Below are positions 8,396-18,415 of a stretch of 64,000 nucleotides of DNA, piece after piece. Each line of letters starts with the position of its first letter. Within the stretch, counting starts at the first letter, position 1. Source of the DNA: Vicinamibacteria bacterium (lineage in GTDB: Bacteria; Acidobacteriota; Vicinamibacteria; Fen-336); contig JBGPYB010000002.1 in assembly GCA_041493035.1 (NCBI GenBank), positions 29,087-93,086 of the forward strand, in the 5' to 3' direction. The translations under genes and the position numbers were made by a program. Below the pieces are notes generated by a model. The model was not told where the DNA came from. It saw nothing but the letters and a program-made list of their open reading frames with translations, and did not search any database.

Positions 8396-9544
8396 ATGCC
8401 GAAAGTCGAGTCCCTCGGGATCAAGCGGATCGAGTCGATCCACTACTACGTCCACGACCTGGAGCGGAGCCGGCGCTTCTACACCGGGACCATGGACTTC
8501 GCGGAGATCGGCGGCAGCTCCGAGACGATGACACGCGAGGGCCGCGAGCAGTCCGTGGTCTTCATGGCGGGGAACTGCGTCGTGACCTGCATCGCTCCTC
8601 GCGGAGAAGACGGCCGCGCCGCGCGCTACCTGCGGAAGCATCCGGACGGCGTCGGGACGCTGAACTTCGAGGTGGAGGACGCGGGGCGCGCCTTCGCTCT
8701 TCTGGAGAAGCGGGGCGGCACGCCCATCGGCGAGATCCACCGAGAGAAGGATGGGAGCGGCGAGATCGCCTTCTTCTCCATAGCGACCCCGTTCGGCGAC
8801 ACCACGTTCCGGTTCGTGGAGCGCCGCGGTTACCGGTCGCTCTTTCCCGGCTTCGAGTCCCTCGAAGCACCTCGGGGCGGCGCCAACGCCTTCGGCTTCG
8901 TCGGCTTCGACCACGTCACCTCCAACTTCCAGACCATGAGCCCGGCTCTGCTGTGGTTGGAACACGTCCTGGGTTTCGAGCGCTACTGGGAGGTGCAGTT
9001 CCACACCACCGATGTCGCCATCGACCAGTCCCACGGCTCGGGCCTCAGGTCGGTGGTGATGTGGGACCCGGCTTCGGGGGTGAAGTTCGCCAACAACGAG
9101 CCGTGGCGGCCGTTCTTCAAGGACTCGCAGATCAACGTCTTCAACGAGCAGCACCGAGGCGACGGCGTCCAGCACCTGGCCATCGGCGTCAAGGACATCG
9201 TGTCGTGCGTCCGCGGCCTCCGGGTACGCGGTCTAGAGTTCATGCCGACGCCCGGGACGTACTACGACGCCCTCTCGGCTCGGCTCCAGACCATGGGCGT
9301 CGGCTCCATCGACGAGGACATCGAGCTCCTGAGGTCCCTCGAAATCCTGGTCGACGGCGACCGGGAGCACTCGTATCTTCTCCAGATCTTCCTGAAGGAG
9401 GCGGCCGGCCTCTATCGCGAGCCCGAAGCCGGGCCCTTCTTCTACGAAATAATCCAGCGCAAAGGGGACGAAGGATTCGGCGCCGGGAACTTCCGCGCCT
9501 TGTTCGAGTCCATCGAGCGCATGCAGCAAGGGGTGAAAGCATGA
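8396..9544 (+). CDS. hppD: 4-hydroxyphenylpyruvate dioxygenase
   Basis: The VOC-fold tandem carries FDHVTSN, QHLAIGVKDI, and the C-terminal EIIQRKGDEGFGAGNFRALFESIE typical of HPPD. Confidence 0.9.
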   Translation: MPKVESLGIKRIESIHYYVHDLERSRRFYTGTMDFAEIGGSSETMTREGREQSVVFMAGNCVVTCIAPRGEDGRAARYLRKHPDGVGTLNFEVEDAGRAFALLEKRGGTPIGEIHREKDGSGEIAFFSIATPFGDTTFRFVERRGYRSLFPGFESLEAPRGGANAFGFVGFDHVTSNFQTMSPALLWLEHVLGFERYWEVQFHTTDVAIDQSHGSGLRSVVMWDPASGVKFANNEPWRPFFKDSQINVFNEQHRGDGVQHLAIGVKDIVSCVRGLRVRGLEFMPTPGTYYDALSARLQTMGVGSIDEDIELLRSLEILVDGDREHSYLLQIFLKEAAGLYREPEAGPFFYEIIQRKGDEGFGAGNFRALFESIERMQQGVKA

Positions 9545-10089
9545 TGATGCGCCGCGTACTCGTCTCTTCCGCGGTTGTGGCGGCCTTCGCCACGTCGGTC
9601 TTTTCGGGAGATGCCATGTCCTTCTATTCGCTCAAGACGACCACGCTCTCGGGGAAGCCGGCCGACCTCGGCGACTATTCCGGCAAGGTCACTCTCGTCG
9701 TCAACGTGGCGAGCCAGTGCGGATTCACCCCGCAGTACAAGGGGCTCGAGGCCCTCCACCAGGAGTTGGCACCCAAGGGGTTTTCGGTCCTCGGCTTTCC
9801 GAGCAACGAGTTCGGAGGACAAGAGCCGGGGAGCGCCGAGGAAATCCAGACCTTCTGCCAGAAGAACTACGGTGTGACGTTCCCGATGTTCTCGAAGCTC
9901 GTCACGAAGCCGGGTTCGGACCAGTCGCCCATCTACGCGCTTCTGACGAAGGCCGGCGACGTCCCCTCGTGGAACTTCTGCAAATACCTGGTCGGCAAGG
10001 ACGGCAAGGTGATCGCTTTCTTCCCGAGCAAGGTCACGCCTGAGTCGAAGGAACTGCGCGACGCCATCACGGCTGCCCTCGGGAGGTAG
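9541..10089 (+). CDS. gpx: Glutathione peroxidase, with signal peptide
   Basis: Its ATGATGATG start overlaps the hppD stop. The conserved motifs are VNVASQCGFT and LGFPSNEFGGQEP ... WNFCKYLV. Confidence 0.9.
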   Translation: MMMRRVLVSSAVVAAFATSVFSGDAMSFYSLKTTTLSGKPADLGDYSGKVTLVVNVASQCGFTPQYKGLEALHQELAPKGFSVLGFPSNEFGGQEPGSAEEIQTFCQKNYGVTFPMFSKLVTKPGSDQSPIYALLTKAGDVPSWNFCKYLVGKDGKVIAFFPSKVTPESKELRDAITAALGR

Positions 10090-10159
10090 GCGGCCTTGCC
10101 GCAAGCGGCTTGGCATTGTTTGGACGCTTACTGGATAATGCCGATTGAGTAAGTCATAA

Positions 10160-11599
10160 ATGCGCCTGACCGGTTCGGCCCTGGGCACGCTCGCAGTCCT
10201 CTCTGCCGCCGTGGCCGCGGCTGCGCAGGATCCGGCGGCCCTCAAGAAGACCTGTGACAAGGGGAGCTTCCAGGACTGCTTCACCCTCGCTGGTCTCCAC
10301 CTCCAGGGGCAGGGCGTTCCCAAGGACGTGGCGAAAGCCACGTCCCTCTACAAGAAGGCGTGCAACGGGAACGATGCCCGGAGCTGTCTCGAGTTGGCAC
10401 GGCTGACCCGCGGTGGTGAAGCGGGCGCCAAGGACGCGGCGGGCGCCGTCAAGCTCTTCGACAAGGCCTGTACCCTCGGCAGCGCCGAAGCCTGCGGCCA
10501 GATGGGTGTCCTCTACCAGACCGGCCAAGACGTGGCGAAGGACATGGCTCGCGCCGCCGAGTTCTATGGGCGCGCCTGCGAAGGGAACTTGGCGAAGAGT
10601 TGCCTGGCTCTCGGCGAGATGCATCGGCAGGGACGGGGCGTTCCGCAAGACGTCAATCGCGGGGCCGCGCTGTTCAAGAAGGCCTGCGACGGAGGAGAAG
10701 CCGATGGCTGCGGCGCACTCGGGTTCGCGTTTCGATCCGGGGAGGGGGCCGTCAAGGACCTCCCCCACGCGGCCGCCCTCTTCAAGCAAGCCTGCGGAGC
10801 GGGCTCGGCCGTGGGTTGCTACGGGCAGGGCCTTTCCCAGGAGAAGGGCGACGGCATGACACGGGATCTCGCCGCTGCTTTCGCGTCCTTCGGCAAGGCG
10901 TGCGAGGCTGGGGAGCCCCGGGCGTGTCACAGCGTCGCTCTCATGATGCGCGACGGCACGACGGTTCCCAAGGACGCCGCCAAGGCCGCCGAGTTCTTCC
11001 AGAAGGCGTGCGACGGCGGCGCGGGGCAAGCGTGCCACGACTTGGGCGTCTTCGCCGAGACAGGGCGCGGGATGCGACGGGACCTGGCGCGCGCGGCCAC
11101 GCTCTACGGTCAGGCCTGCTCGGGGGGCGACATGCGCGGCTGCCTGAGGCTGGGCCTCCTGTACAACGGCCGCGTGGGCATCGAGGCCGAACCCGGGCGT
11201 GCCGTGGCTCTCTTCAAGCAGGCGTGCGACGGCGGCGAGATCGGCGGCTGCGCCAAGCTCGCTCCGATGTACGAAAACGCCGAGGCCCCGCTCACCCGTG
11301 ATCTCGTCCAGGCTGGGGCCCTTTACAAGAGGGCCTGCGATTCGGGTCTCGCCGCCGAGTGCTACAGCCTCGGCCGCCTCGTGGCACGCGGCGACGGCAT
11401 GTCGGCCGATCTCGCGAAGGCAGCGGGTTTCTACAAGCAGGCCTGCGAAGGCGGCTCTGCTCCCGGATGCTACGAACTCGGCCTGCTGACCCAGAGCGGC
11501 CAGGGGGTCGCCCGCGATCGTGACGGCTCGCGCTCTCTCTTTCAGAAGGCCTGCGACGCCGGCGACAAACGGGGCTGCGAGAAGGTCAAGTACCGGTAG
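10160..11599 (+). CDS. Secreted Sel1-like repeat (SLR) protein with about 12 repeats
   Basis: A signal peptide is followed by roughly 36-aa units repeating the pattern KDxxKAxxLYKKACDGGxxxGC throughout. Confidence 0.85.
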   Translation: MRLTGSALGTLAVLSAAVAAAAQDPAALKKTCDKGSFQDCFTLAGLHLQGQGVPKDVAKATSLYKKACNGNDARSCLELARLTRGGEAGAKDAAGAVKLFDKACTLGSAEACGQMGVLYQTGQDVAKDMARAAEFYGRACEGNLAKSCLALGEMHRQGRGVPQDVNRGAALFKKACDGGEADGCGALGFAFRSGEGAVKDLPHAAALFKQACGAGSAVGCYGQGLSQEKGDGMTRDLAAAFASFGKACEAGEPRACHSVALMMRDGTTVPKDAAKAAEFFQKACDGGAGQACHDLGVFAETGRGMRRDLARAATLYGQACSGGDMRGCLRLGLLYNGRVGIEAEPGRAVALFKQACDGGEIGGCAKLAPMYENAEAPLTRDLVQAGALYKRACDSGLAAECYSLGRLVARGDGMSADLAKAAGFYKQACEGGSAPGCYELGLLTQSGQGVARDRDGSRSLFQKACDAGDKRGCEKVKYR

Positions 11600-11606
11600 G
11601 ATCGCG

Positions 11607-12881
11607 CTAGGTGAGCTCGCGTCCCCGGGTTTCGGGCAACGCCAACGCGAGAAGGGCAGCAACGAAAAAGGCGGCGGCCTGAAGGAAGAACGCGGAGCCG
11701 AGGCCGAATCGACCCGCGAGAGCGCCGACGATGAAGGGCGCCGCCGCTGAGAACCCACGCCCCAGGTTGTAGCTCAGTCCCATGGCCGTCGCGCGGATCT
11801 CGGTGGGGAAGAGCTCGGCGGCCAGGGGGCCGAAGCCCGAGAAGAAGCCGGTGCCGAAGAACGCCACGAATGGTCCGAGAACGAGAAGCCACAAGGGACG
11901 CGTCGCCATGCCGTAAAGCGGGACGAGGAGCGTCGCTACGAGGAGATAGGTGGCGTAGGTCCTGCGGCGCCCGACCGAGTCGGCGAAGAAGCCGAAGAGG
12001 GCGTATCCAAGCCACTTGCCCACACCCATCACCACGAGCCACGTCGTGGTCCTGAAGATGTCCAGCCCTCGGCCGCCCTGCTCCACCGGCAACGAGAGGT
12101 AGGCCGGGATCCACGTGAAGAGACCCCAGTAACCGAACATTCCCGCCGCGTTCATGGCCGTGGCCAGAAGTCCGTTCCAGCGGATGTCAGGGCGGAGGAG
12201 CAGCCAGAGCGAGCCCCGCTGCCCTCGTCCCCGCTCGAGCCACACCGCCGACTCCGGGACGTCGCGACGGATCCAGAAGACGAGGAGGGCGGGAAGGATT
12301 CCCACGAAGAACACGGCGCGCCATCCGAAGCGGGGAAGGACGTAGCCCGCTACCGCAGCGGCCGCCATCTCGCCGATCGCCCACGTCGATTGCATCAGGC
12401 CGAGAGCCTTCCCCCGGTGCTCGGCCGGCCAGACCTCCGCGATGAGCGCGGCGCCCGTCGTCCATTCTCCGCCCATGCCGAGCCCCAGGATGAAGCGAAA
12501 GATCGCGAGCTGGATGACGCTGTCCGACAGGCCGCAGGCGCCGCTGGCCACGGAGTAGACGAGGATCGACAGCATCAGGGAGCGCGTGCGGCCGATGCGG
12601 TCGGCCAGGAAGCCGAACGCGGCTCCTCCGAGCGCCGAGGCCAGAAGGGTCAGGGAGTTGAGGAGCCCCGCGGTGGACTTCGCCATCCCGAGGTCCCGCA
12701 TGAGGTGCGCGAGGACCATCGAGTACAGCATCACGTCCATCGCGTCGAGCATCCACCCGAGGCCGCCGGCCACGAGGGACTGCCGCTCCGCCGGCGTGAC
12801 GCGCGCGGGCCAGACGAAACCCAGCACCTTGCGGGTCGGCCGCGGTCCGGTGGCTGCCGCGGCGGACATGGCCGGGATCAT
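11607..12881 (-). CDS. MFS transporter
   Basis: The product has 12 predicted TM segments. MFS motifs are present (GFLADRIGRTRS, GGEWTTGAAL). Start chosen at MIPAMSAAA, where the revcomp ATG lies at 12881-12879. The upstream extension of the ORF is GC-rich noise. Confidence 0.8.
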   Translation of the reverse strand: MIPAMSAAAATGPRPTRKVLGFVWPARVTPAERQSLVAGGLGWMLDAMDVMLYSMVLAHLMRDLGMAKSTAGLLNSLTLLASALGGAAFGFLADRIGRTRSLMLSILVYSVASGACGLSDSVIQLAIFRFILGLGMGGEWTTGAALIAEVWPAEHRGKALGLMQSTWAIGEMAAAAVAGYVLPRFGWRAVFFVGILPALLVFWIRRDVPESAVWLERGRGQRGSLWLLLRPDIRWNGLLATAMNAAGMFGYWGLFTWIPAYLSLPVEQGGRGLDIFRTTTWLVVMGVGKWLGYALFGFFADSVGRRRTYATYLLVATLLVPLYGMATRPLWLLVLGPFVAFFGTGFFSGFGPLAAELFPTEIRATAMGLSYNLGRGFSAAAPFIVGALAGRFGLGSAFFLQAAAFFVAALLALALPETRGRELT

Positions 12882-12910
12882 ACCCCCGGGGTCCAGAGGG
12901 TGAGCGGACG

Positions 12911-13228
12911 TCAGCTCGCGGTTTCGACCCAGGAGTCGAACACGCGCACCGCTTTCCAGTTGCTCGAGTTCTCCAGGGTGAAGCGGGCGTGGCGAGGATG
13001 GGCCTGGTAGGCGTCGTGGGCGGCCTTGTCCTCGAGGTAGACGTGGAGCGCCACGCCGAAACCGCGGTCGTTCACCGGGCGGTCCAACTCCGAGGCCACG
13101 ATCCCGACGGTGAAGAAGACGGTGCCGGAGTGCCCCGACAGATACGTGTGGCATGCCGCGGCCAGGCGTTGCCGCGCTTCGGCCGAGTCGTCGTTCAGCG
13201 TGAAGTAGACGTCGTGAGCCAGGATCAA
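12911..13228 (-). CDS. Dabb-type stress-responsive alpha/beta-barrel protein (105 aa)
   Basis: Only the distal 105 codons of ORF 12911-13729 look protein-like (LILAHDVYFTLNDDS ... AVRVFDSWVE). The TTG start is preceded by GGAGGGGAGG. Confidence 0.5.
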   Translation of the reverse strand: MILAHDVYFTLNDDSAEARQRLAAACHTYLSGHSGTVFFTVGIVASELDRPVNDRGFGVALHVYLEDKAAHDAYQAHPRHARFTLENSSNWKAVRVFDSWVETAS

Positions 13229-13345
13229 TGGGCCTCCCCTCCTTGGGCACGGCATTCTAAGGCAGAGATGAATAAATCGTTGACCCGACCGGCCCTTCGG
13301 CCGTAGGCTGGCTCCAGAGTCCCCGCCCTTTCGAAGGAGGCGCAC

Positions 13346-13876
13346 ATGCAACTGAGCGAGTTCGACGACGCCCACGAGGACGACACGACGGCGCGTGACC
13401 TCGAGGAGCAGCGGTTGGGCGAAGCGATCCTCGGTGCGCCCATCCGCGCCCTCGACCCAAGAAGAGCCGTAACCGTCCCCGAGACGGCGACGATTCGCGA
13501 GGCCATCCACCTCATGCTCGACGGCGAGATCGGCGCGGTGCTCGTAGTGCGGGACGGGCGCTCGGTCGGTATCTTCACGGAGCGCGACGTCCTCCGGCGA
13601 GTGGCAACAACAGGAATGGATCTGTCCCGACCCGTGGCCGAGGTCATGACCCGCGATCCCGAGGTGCTGGCCCCGGACGACGGCATCGCCTTCGCCCTCA
13701 ATCGGATGATCGTCGGCGGGTTCCGCCACGTGCCCATCGTCGCCGGCGAAGGGACGCCACTGGCGGTTCTCTCCCTGCGCGAGGTCGTCGCATTCGTGGT
13801 CTCACTCCTTCCGGCACGGGTCCTCAACCTGCCGCCGGAGCCGCATCTGGCCGCTCGATCAGCCGACGGCGGATAG
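13346..13876 (+). CDS. Protein with a CBS domain pair
   Basis: An AAGGAGG SD lies before the ATG. Two CBS motifs are present (VTVPETATIREAIHLMLDGEIGAVLVV and PVAEVMTRDPEVLAPDDGIAFALNRMIVGGFRHVPIV). Confidence 0.8.
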   Translation: MQLSEFDDAHEDDTTARDLEEQRLGEAILGAPIRALDPRRAVTVPETATIREAIHLMLDGEIGAVLVVRDGRSVGIFTERDVLRRVATTGMDLSRPVAEVMTRDPEVLAPDDGIAFALNRMIVGGFRHVPIVAGEGTPLAVLSLREVVAFVVSLLPARVLNLPPEPHLAARSADGG

Positions 13877-13919
13877 GCTCGGGCTCGTCCGCGGCTTCGA
13901 GGATCGCCTCCAATCACCT

Positions 13920-14420
13920 TCATGCTTCGTCCCGCGACGTTCCCATCACGACCACCGAGAAGTCGCGTGGTCGCGGCCCATCCAGCTCGACCAGGAAGAC
14001 CCGTTGCCATTCCCCGAGGAGCAACCGCCCGCCCATCACGTTGAGGCTCACGGAAGCCCCGAGAAGCGCCGCCCGGCAGTGGGCGTCGCCGTTCGGCCTT
14101 TCGTCGGGAGAGATGCGCGGGTCGCGTCGGGTCCAATCGTTGTGGGCGTAGACGGCGTCGGCGGGCACAAGTCGTTCGAGTAGCTGTCGGAGGTCGCTCA
14201 TGAGGAGCGGCTCGTTCTCGTTCACGATGATGGCGGTCGTCGTGTGTTGGGTCTGAACGGAGGCGATGCCGTAGCCGACACCGGAACGCCGGACCCGCTC
14301 GGCCACGACCTCCGTCACGTCGACGAGCTGGATCCGTTCCTCGGTCCTCAGTCGAACGGCATCGCCGCAGACGCGGAGGCCCGTCTGCTCAGCCTCCCAT
14401 TCGAACAGCTTTGTGGCCAT
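13920..14420 (-). CDS. YjbQ/UPF0047 family protein (secondary thiamine-phosphate synthase-like)
   Basis: Start at MATKLFEWEA. The conserved YjbQ core includes HTTTAIIVNENEP. Confidence 0.75.
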   Translation of the reverse strand: MATKLFEWEAEQTGLRVCGDAVRLRTEERIQLVDVTEVVAERVRRSGVGYGIASVQTQHTTTAIIVNENEPLLMSDLRQLLERLVPADAVYAHNDWTRRDPRISPDERPNGDAHCRAALLGASVSLNVMGGRLLLGEWQRVFLVELDGPRPRDFSVVVMGTSRDEA

Positions 14421-14604
14421 GGTGTCTCTCCTTCCGAGCCCGCGCATTTCGGGGCCCCGTGACAGGAAAGGTCGGCCGGCCGTTCGGCGAAGGCTTGTCC
14501 AAACGGTGAGGGAAGAGTGAGGATCGTCTGATCGGAACGGGAGGGCGCGCTCAGGGCCTCATGCGAGCCCTGAAACCGCTCTCGAGCGGGCGGATCGAGA
14601 AAGG

Positions 14605-15510
14605 CTAGCCGGCGCTCGCCGGGGGGTAGGGCGTCACTTCGGTGAAGGCCCGCAGAGGTACGGCGCGCCCATCGCGCCAGAACGACTGAAGCTGCGCAAT
14701 GGCCATGCCGGTGTTCGCCGGGGTCGTGATGCTCGCCGTCAGACCTCCCGCGTCCACCAGCCTCCTCCCGTAGCGCGGGCTCGCGTCGACGCCCAGGTAC
14801 TTCGCCTTCGAGAACATGTCCCGGTGGGCCGGGTTCGCGAGAGCCTTCGCGGCGTTCTTCGCTCCCGTCGCCAACTCGTCGTTGTGAGCCGCGACCACAT
14901 GGATCGCATCGGTGCGAGCCTTGAAGACGCCGTACCAGCTGTTGAACGCTCCGATCCCGTCCGCTTCCGTCCACTGGCCGGCCTCGGTGTCGAAGAGGTT
15001 CACGCCGGCGCGGAGCGTCGATTTGGCGCCCGCGAGGCGCTGCTGCGCCGCCGACGAGCGCTGCGGGCCCGTGACGCAGAGGGCGTTGCCTCCGTTGGGC
15101 AGGAGAGCGGAGATCTGCCGCCCCTGGATTTCGCCGATCTTCGTGTGGTCGGTGCTGACGGTTCCAAACGGATGGTCGGAGCCCCACGCCCGAGCGTGCT
15201 CCTCGACCGACGGCCCCCAGGCGTTCAGCAACACGAGGCCCGTCCGTCCCTTGAGGTCACGAAGGATGAGGTCCATGGTCGCGACGCTGGCCGGCTCTGT
15301 CACCACTGCGTCGAGAGGTTTGGTTGGCGCGTCGAGCAGTCTCTTCCGCAGAACGCGAAGCTGATCGAAGCCCGGTGCGAAGGCCACTTCGACGTCGGCC
15401 CCGAGACGTTTTCCTTCGCTTAGAGCCGTTTCTTCTTGCAGCAGTTGGTAGCCGTTGGTTTCTCCGCGCTCCTTGTTGCCGATGAGGAGCACGAAGATGC
15501 TCTTCGCCAT
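14605..15510 (-). CDS. Periplasmic-binding-protein type I fold (LacI/RbsB-like sugar-binding domain) protein without HTH
   Basis: An AAGGAGG SD lies 8 nt upstream. The sequence is PBP-like (FVLLIGNKERG ... VVAAHNDELATGA), with no DNA-binding domain. Confidence 0.65.
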   Translation of the reverse strand: MAKSIFVLLIGNKERGETNGYQLLQEETALSEGKRLGADVEVAFAPGFDQLRVLRKRLLDAPTKPLDAVVTEPASVATMDLILRDLKGRTGLVLLNAWGPSVEEHARAWGSDHPFGTVSTDHTKIGEIQGRQISALLPNGGNALCVTGPQRSSAAQQRLAGAKSTLRAGVNLFDTEAGQWTEADGIGAFNSWYGVFKARTDAIHVVAAHNDELATGAKNAAKALANPAHRDMFSKAKYLGVDASPRYGRRLVDAGGLTASITTPANTGMAIAQLQSFWRDGRAVPLRAFTEVTPYPPASAG

Positions 15511-15641
15511 TCCCCAAGCCTCCTTTTTTGTCGCGCCTTTCTCATAGCCTACACCGGGAAGGCCGTCGGGCGGAGAGCTTCCGAAAGGGGTTTCGTAGAC
15601 TGTAACGTATTGTGTCTACCAACTTTGCGAAGTGTGGGGGG

Positions 15642-15995
15642 CTACTTCTTCTGTTGGGCGAGGAGGTCCCGGATCTCCCGGAGCAGCGCCTCCTGGGGGG
15701 CCGAGGGCGGAGCCATTCGAGCCGCATAGCGGTTGAAGGGGAGGACGATCAGGAAGTAGAGACCGGCCGCCTTGATCAGGAAGCTGACGAGAGCATTCAA
15801 GAGGTTCCCCACGCCGATCGATCCCAGTTTGATGGCGGAGAAATCGGGCTGCCCGCCGAGCATTCCGATGATGGGCGTGATGAGATCCTTGACGAGAGAG
15901 TCGACGACGGCGCCGAACGCCGCGCCGATGATTACGCCGACGGCCAGATCGATGACGTTGCCGCGGGCAATGAAGTCCCGAAAGCCCTTGATCAT
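15642..15995 (-). CDS. mscL: Large-conductance mechanosensitive channel
   Basis: The N-terminus MIKGFRDFIARGNVIDLAVGVIIGAAFG is a canonical MscL start. The product is 117 aa with two TM helices. Confidence 0.9.
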   Translation of the reverse strand: MIKGFRDFIARGNVIDLAVGVIIGAAFGAVVDSLVKDLITPIIGMLGGQPDFSAIKLGSIGVGNLLNALVSFLIKAAGLYFLIVLPFNRYAARMAPPSAPQEALLREIRDLLAQQKK

Positions 15996-16057
15996 TTTCG
16001 GCTCCTCTCCAAAAGCTGCCGGAGTCTATCCAAAGGCCCCTTCCGCCGCCAGCGTGC

Positions 16058-17131
16058 TCAGGCTGTGGCGGCGAGGCGGCGCCGCCGAGCCCGGGAGGCT
16101 TCGGCGAGGTCGTCCAGGAGCGGCTCCGTGCGTTCCCAGCTCATGCAGGCGTCGGTGATGCTCTGTCCGTACGTGAGGCTCGACTTTCCCTCGTGGTCCT
16201 GCCGGCCGGCGACGAGGAAGCTCTCCATCATCACGCCCATGATCCCGCGGTTTCCCTCGCGCACCTGCTCCGCCACGTGGCGGGCCACCTCCGCCTGACG
16301 CTCGTGGTCCTTGCCGCTGTTGGCGTGGCTGCAGTCGAGCATCAGACGCGGGGGAAGCGCCGCCGCTGAAAGCGCATGGACCGAGGCGGCGACCTTTTCC
16401 CGAGAGTAGTTGGGCCCCGTGCTCCCGCCCCGCAGGACGAGATGGCAATCGCGGTTTCCCGCCGTGGCCACGATCGCGGCAACACCCTGCTTGGTCACGC
16501 TCAGGAAATGGTGGGGGTGGGCGCTCGACCGAGCGGCGTCGATGGCGACCTGGACGTTGCCGTCGGTTCCGTTCTTGAAGCCGACGGGCATCGACAACCC
16601 CGAAGCCAGCTCCCGATGCACCTGGCTCTCCGACGTCCTCGCCCCGATGGCCCCCCACGCGACGAGATCGGCGAGGAACTGGGGCGTGATCGGGTCGAGG
16701 AACTCTGTCCCCGCCGGAAGCCCCATCTCCGCCAGGTCGACGAGGAAGCGGCGGGCGAGGCGCAGGCCTTCGTTGATGGCGAAGCTGCCGTCCAGACGCG
16801 GGTCGTTGATGAGCCCCTTCCAGCCTACGGTGCTCCGCGGCTTCTCGAAGTACACGCGCATCACGACGAGGAGGTCCTGAGCGCGAGCCTCGGCCCGCTC
16901 CTTCAACTTGCGGGCATAGTCGAGGCCGGCCTTCGTATCGTGGATCGAGCAAGGACCCACGACGACCAACAGGCGATCGTCATGCCCGTGGAGGATGCGT
17001 GCGGCCGCAAGGCGCGCGGCTGAAACCACGGTCGTCCCCTCCTCGCTGACGGGGATTTCCTCCATCAGGATGGCCGGCGGCAGGAGGGGCCGGAGGCTCT
17101 CAATCCGGACGTCGTCGGTCTGATGGCGCAT
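16058..17131 (-). CDS. aroG: 3-deoxy-7-phosphoheptulonate (DAHP) synthase, class I
   Basis: Start at MRHQTDDVRIESLRPLLPP, which compares with the canonical MNYQNDDLRI. Further motifs are VVVGPCSIHD and LDCSHANS. Confidence 0.9.
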   Translation of the reverse strand: MRHQTDDVRIESLRPLLPPAILMEEIPVSEEGTTVVSAARLAAARILHGHDDRLLVVVGPCSIHDTKAGLDYARKLKERAEARAQDLLVVMRVYFEKPRSTVGWKGLINDPRLDGSFAINEGLRLARRFLVDLAEMGLPAGTEFLDPITPQFLADLVAWGAIGARTSESQVHRELASGLSMPVGFKNGTDGNVQVAIDAARSSAHPHHFLSVTKQGVAAIVATAGNRDCHLVLRGGSTGPNYSREKVAASVHALSAAALPPRLMLDCSHANSGKDHERQAEVARHVAEQVREGNRGIMGVMMESFLVAGRQDHEGKSSLTYGQSITDACMSWERTEPLLDDLAEASRARRRRLAATA

Positions 17132-17316
17132 GAAAGTCGAATGGTAGCGTGTCCTCACACCCGTGGCCAGTGGCGCGGGCGCCCACCTCAGGCACTACGA
17201 CGATGCCGACGAGCGATCTAGCTGTGTAATGGACGACATTAGAAGAATGCGTTGGACTAATGGCATGAGGCTTTCGTACAACAGTGTGGGAGGCGGACTC
17301 CCGACGGGAGGATTTC

Positions 17317-18153
17317 ATGGGCGAACCCAAGGACGTGCGGCGCCACTATCTGCTGGCCAGCGATTTCGATCAGACCCTGAGCTTCAACGACTCCGGGATG
17401 GTCCTGAGCGATCTGCTCGGAACCTCCGGGTTCGGGCAGAAGGTCGCCGGTCTGGCTCGGATCAACCTGGTCCAGCAGGGAGGCGAGCTGGCCTACCTGC
17501 TTCTCCACGATCCGGAGTATCGGCGGGTCCGGCGCGAGCACCTCTTCGAGGTGGGGAAGCGGATCCGGCTGAAGCACAACATCGGCCGTCTCGTCGAGAT
17601 GCTGGCGAGCGGAATCGCGGGGTATCACTTCTCGTTCTTCGTGGTGTCGGCGGCCCCGGAAGAGGTGATCCAGTCGGCCCTCGAAGGGATCGTCCCGCCG
17701 GACCACATCTATGCGACGCGCTTCAACTACCATCCGGTGACGGGGGAGATCGAGTCCATCGTCCGGGTGCCCGCGGGGTACGGGAAGGTGGCAGTCCTGA
17801 ACGATCTTCGGTCGACGCTTCAGGTGAGCCCCGACCACATCGTCTACGTGGGGGACGGCAACTCCGACATCCACGTCATGCTCCACGTCAATCGCCTGGA
17901 CGGATACACCATCGCCGTCTCGGAGGGGAAGTACATCGCTCCCATCGCCAAGCGCACGATCCTGAGCGACGACTCCTTGAGCGTCCTCGTGCCGATTCTC
18001 GAGGACATCGTGGGCTGGGAGGATCCGCTTCAGATCCGCTCCCTCTTCGAGCTCTATGGGTTGCAGATCCAGGAGTGGGACAAGGTGCGCACCGACTTCC
18101 TGACCATTCGGGAGAGCTCCCTCGGGAGCGCGGCGGAGGTCACCCGTGCTTGA
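17317..18153 (+). CDS. HAD-superfamily hydrolase (HAD-IB / phosphoserine-phosphatase-like)
   Basis: A GGAGG SD lies before the ATG. Motif I reads [10 protein letters not shown]. Motif IV reads VYVGDGNSD. Confidence 0.75.
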   Translation: MGEPKDVRRHYLLASDFDQTLSFNDSGMVLSDLLGTSGFGQKVAGLARINLVQQGGELAYLLLHDPEYRRVRREHLFEVGKRIRLKHNIGRLVEMLASGIAGYHFSFFVVSAAPEEVIQSALEGIVPPDHIYATRFNYHPVTGEIESIVRVPAGYGKVAVLNDLRSTLQVSPDHIVYVGDGNSDIHVMLHVNRLDGYTIAVSEGKYIAPIAKRTILSDDSLSVLVPILEDIVGWEDPLQIRSLFELYGLQIQEWDKVRTDFLTIRESSLGSAAEVTRA

Positions 18154-18373
18154 CGCGATCGGCTGGGTGGCGACGGCGGTCTTCGCCGTGTCCTACCTCT
18201 GCAAGGAGCCCAGGCTCTTGCGGAGGCTCCAGGCCGGCGCGGCGGTCCTCTGGATCGCGTATGGCGTGATCCTCAAGGCGCCACCGGTGATCGTCGCCAA
18301 CGTCATCGTCGCGACCCTCGCCGGCTGGTCGTCCCTCCGTCCCGCGCGAGAGCCGCGGCAGGAAGAGGCCTAA
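18146..18373 (+). CDS. Small two-TM membrane protein (CBU_0592-like family)
   Basis: GTG start with a GGAGG SD 6 nt upstream. It overlaps the HAD gene stop. The motifs are [16 protein letters not shown] and [16 protein letters not shown]. Confidence 0.55.
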   Translation: MLDAIGWVATAVFAVSYLCKEPRLLRRLQAGAAVLWIAYGVILKAPPVIVANVIVATLAGWSSLRPAREPRQEEA

Positions 18374-18415
18374 CCGCACTACCATTGCGTCGGCGCCGCA
18401 GCCGCCGGAGGCCAG

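Noticed and set aside
10097-10125. Possible rho-independent terminator after gpx (GCCGC-AA-GCGGC followed by TTGGCATTGTTTGG).
   Set aside because: The stem is only 4-5 bp with a 2-nt loop, and the downstream tract is not a clean U-run. It is too weak to call.
12911-13729. The full 272-aa ORF on the minus strand.
   Set aside because: Only the distal 105 codons look like a protein (Dabb fold), with a TTG start after GGAGGGGAGG. The upstream 165 codons are GC-driven low-complexity sequence and overlap the divergent promoter region.
14448-14604. A hairpin CAGGGC-N9-GCCCTG downstream of the PBP-like gene, as a possible terminator.
   Set aside because: No U-tract follows on the transcribed minus strand. 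It could be a weak or Rho-dependent site, but that is not supportable from sequence alone.
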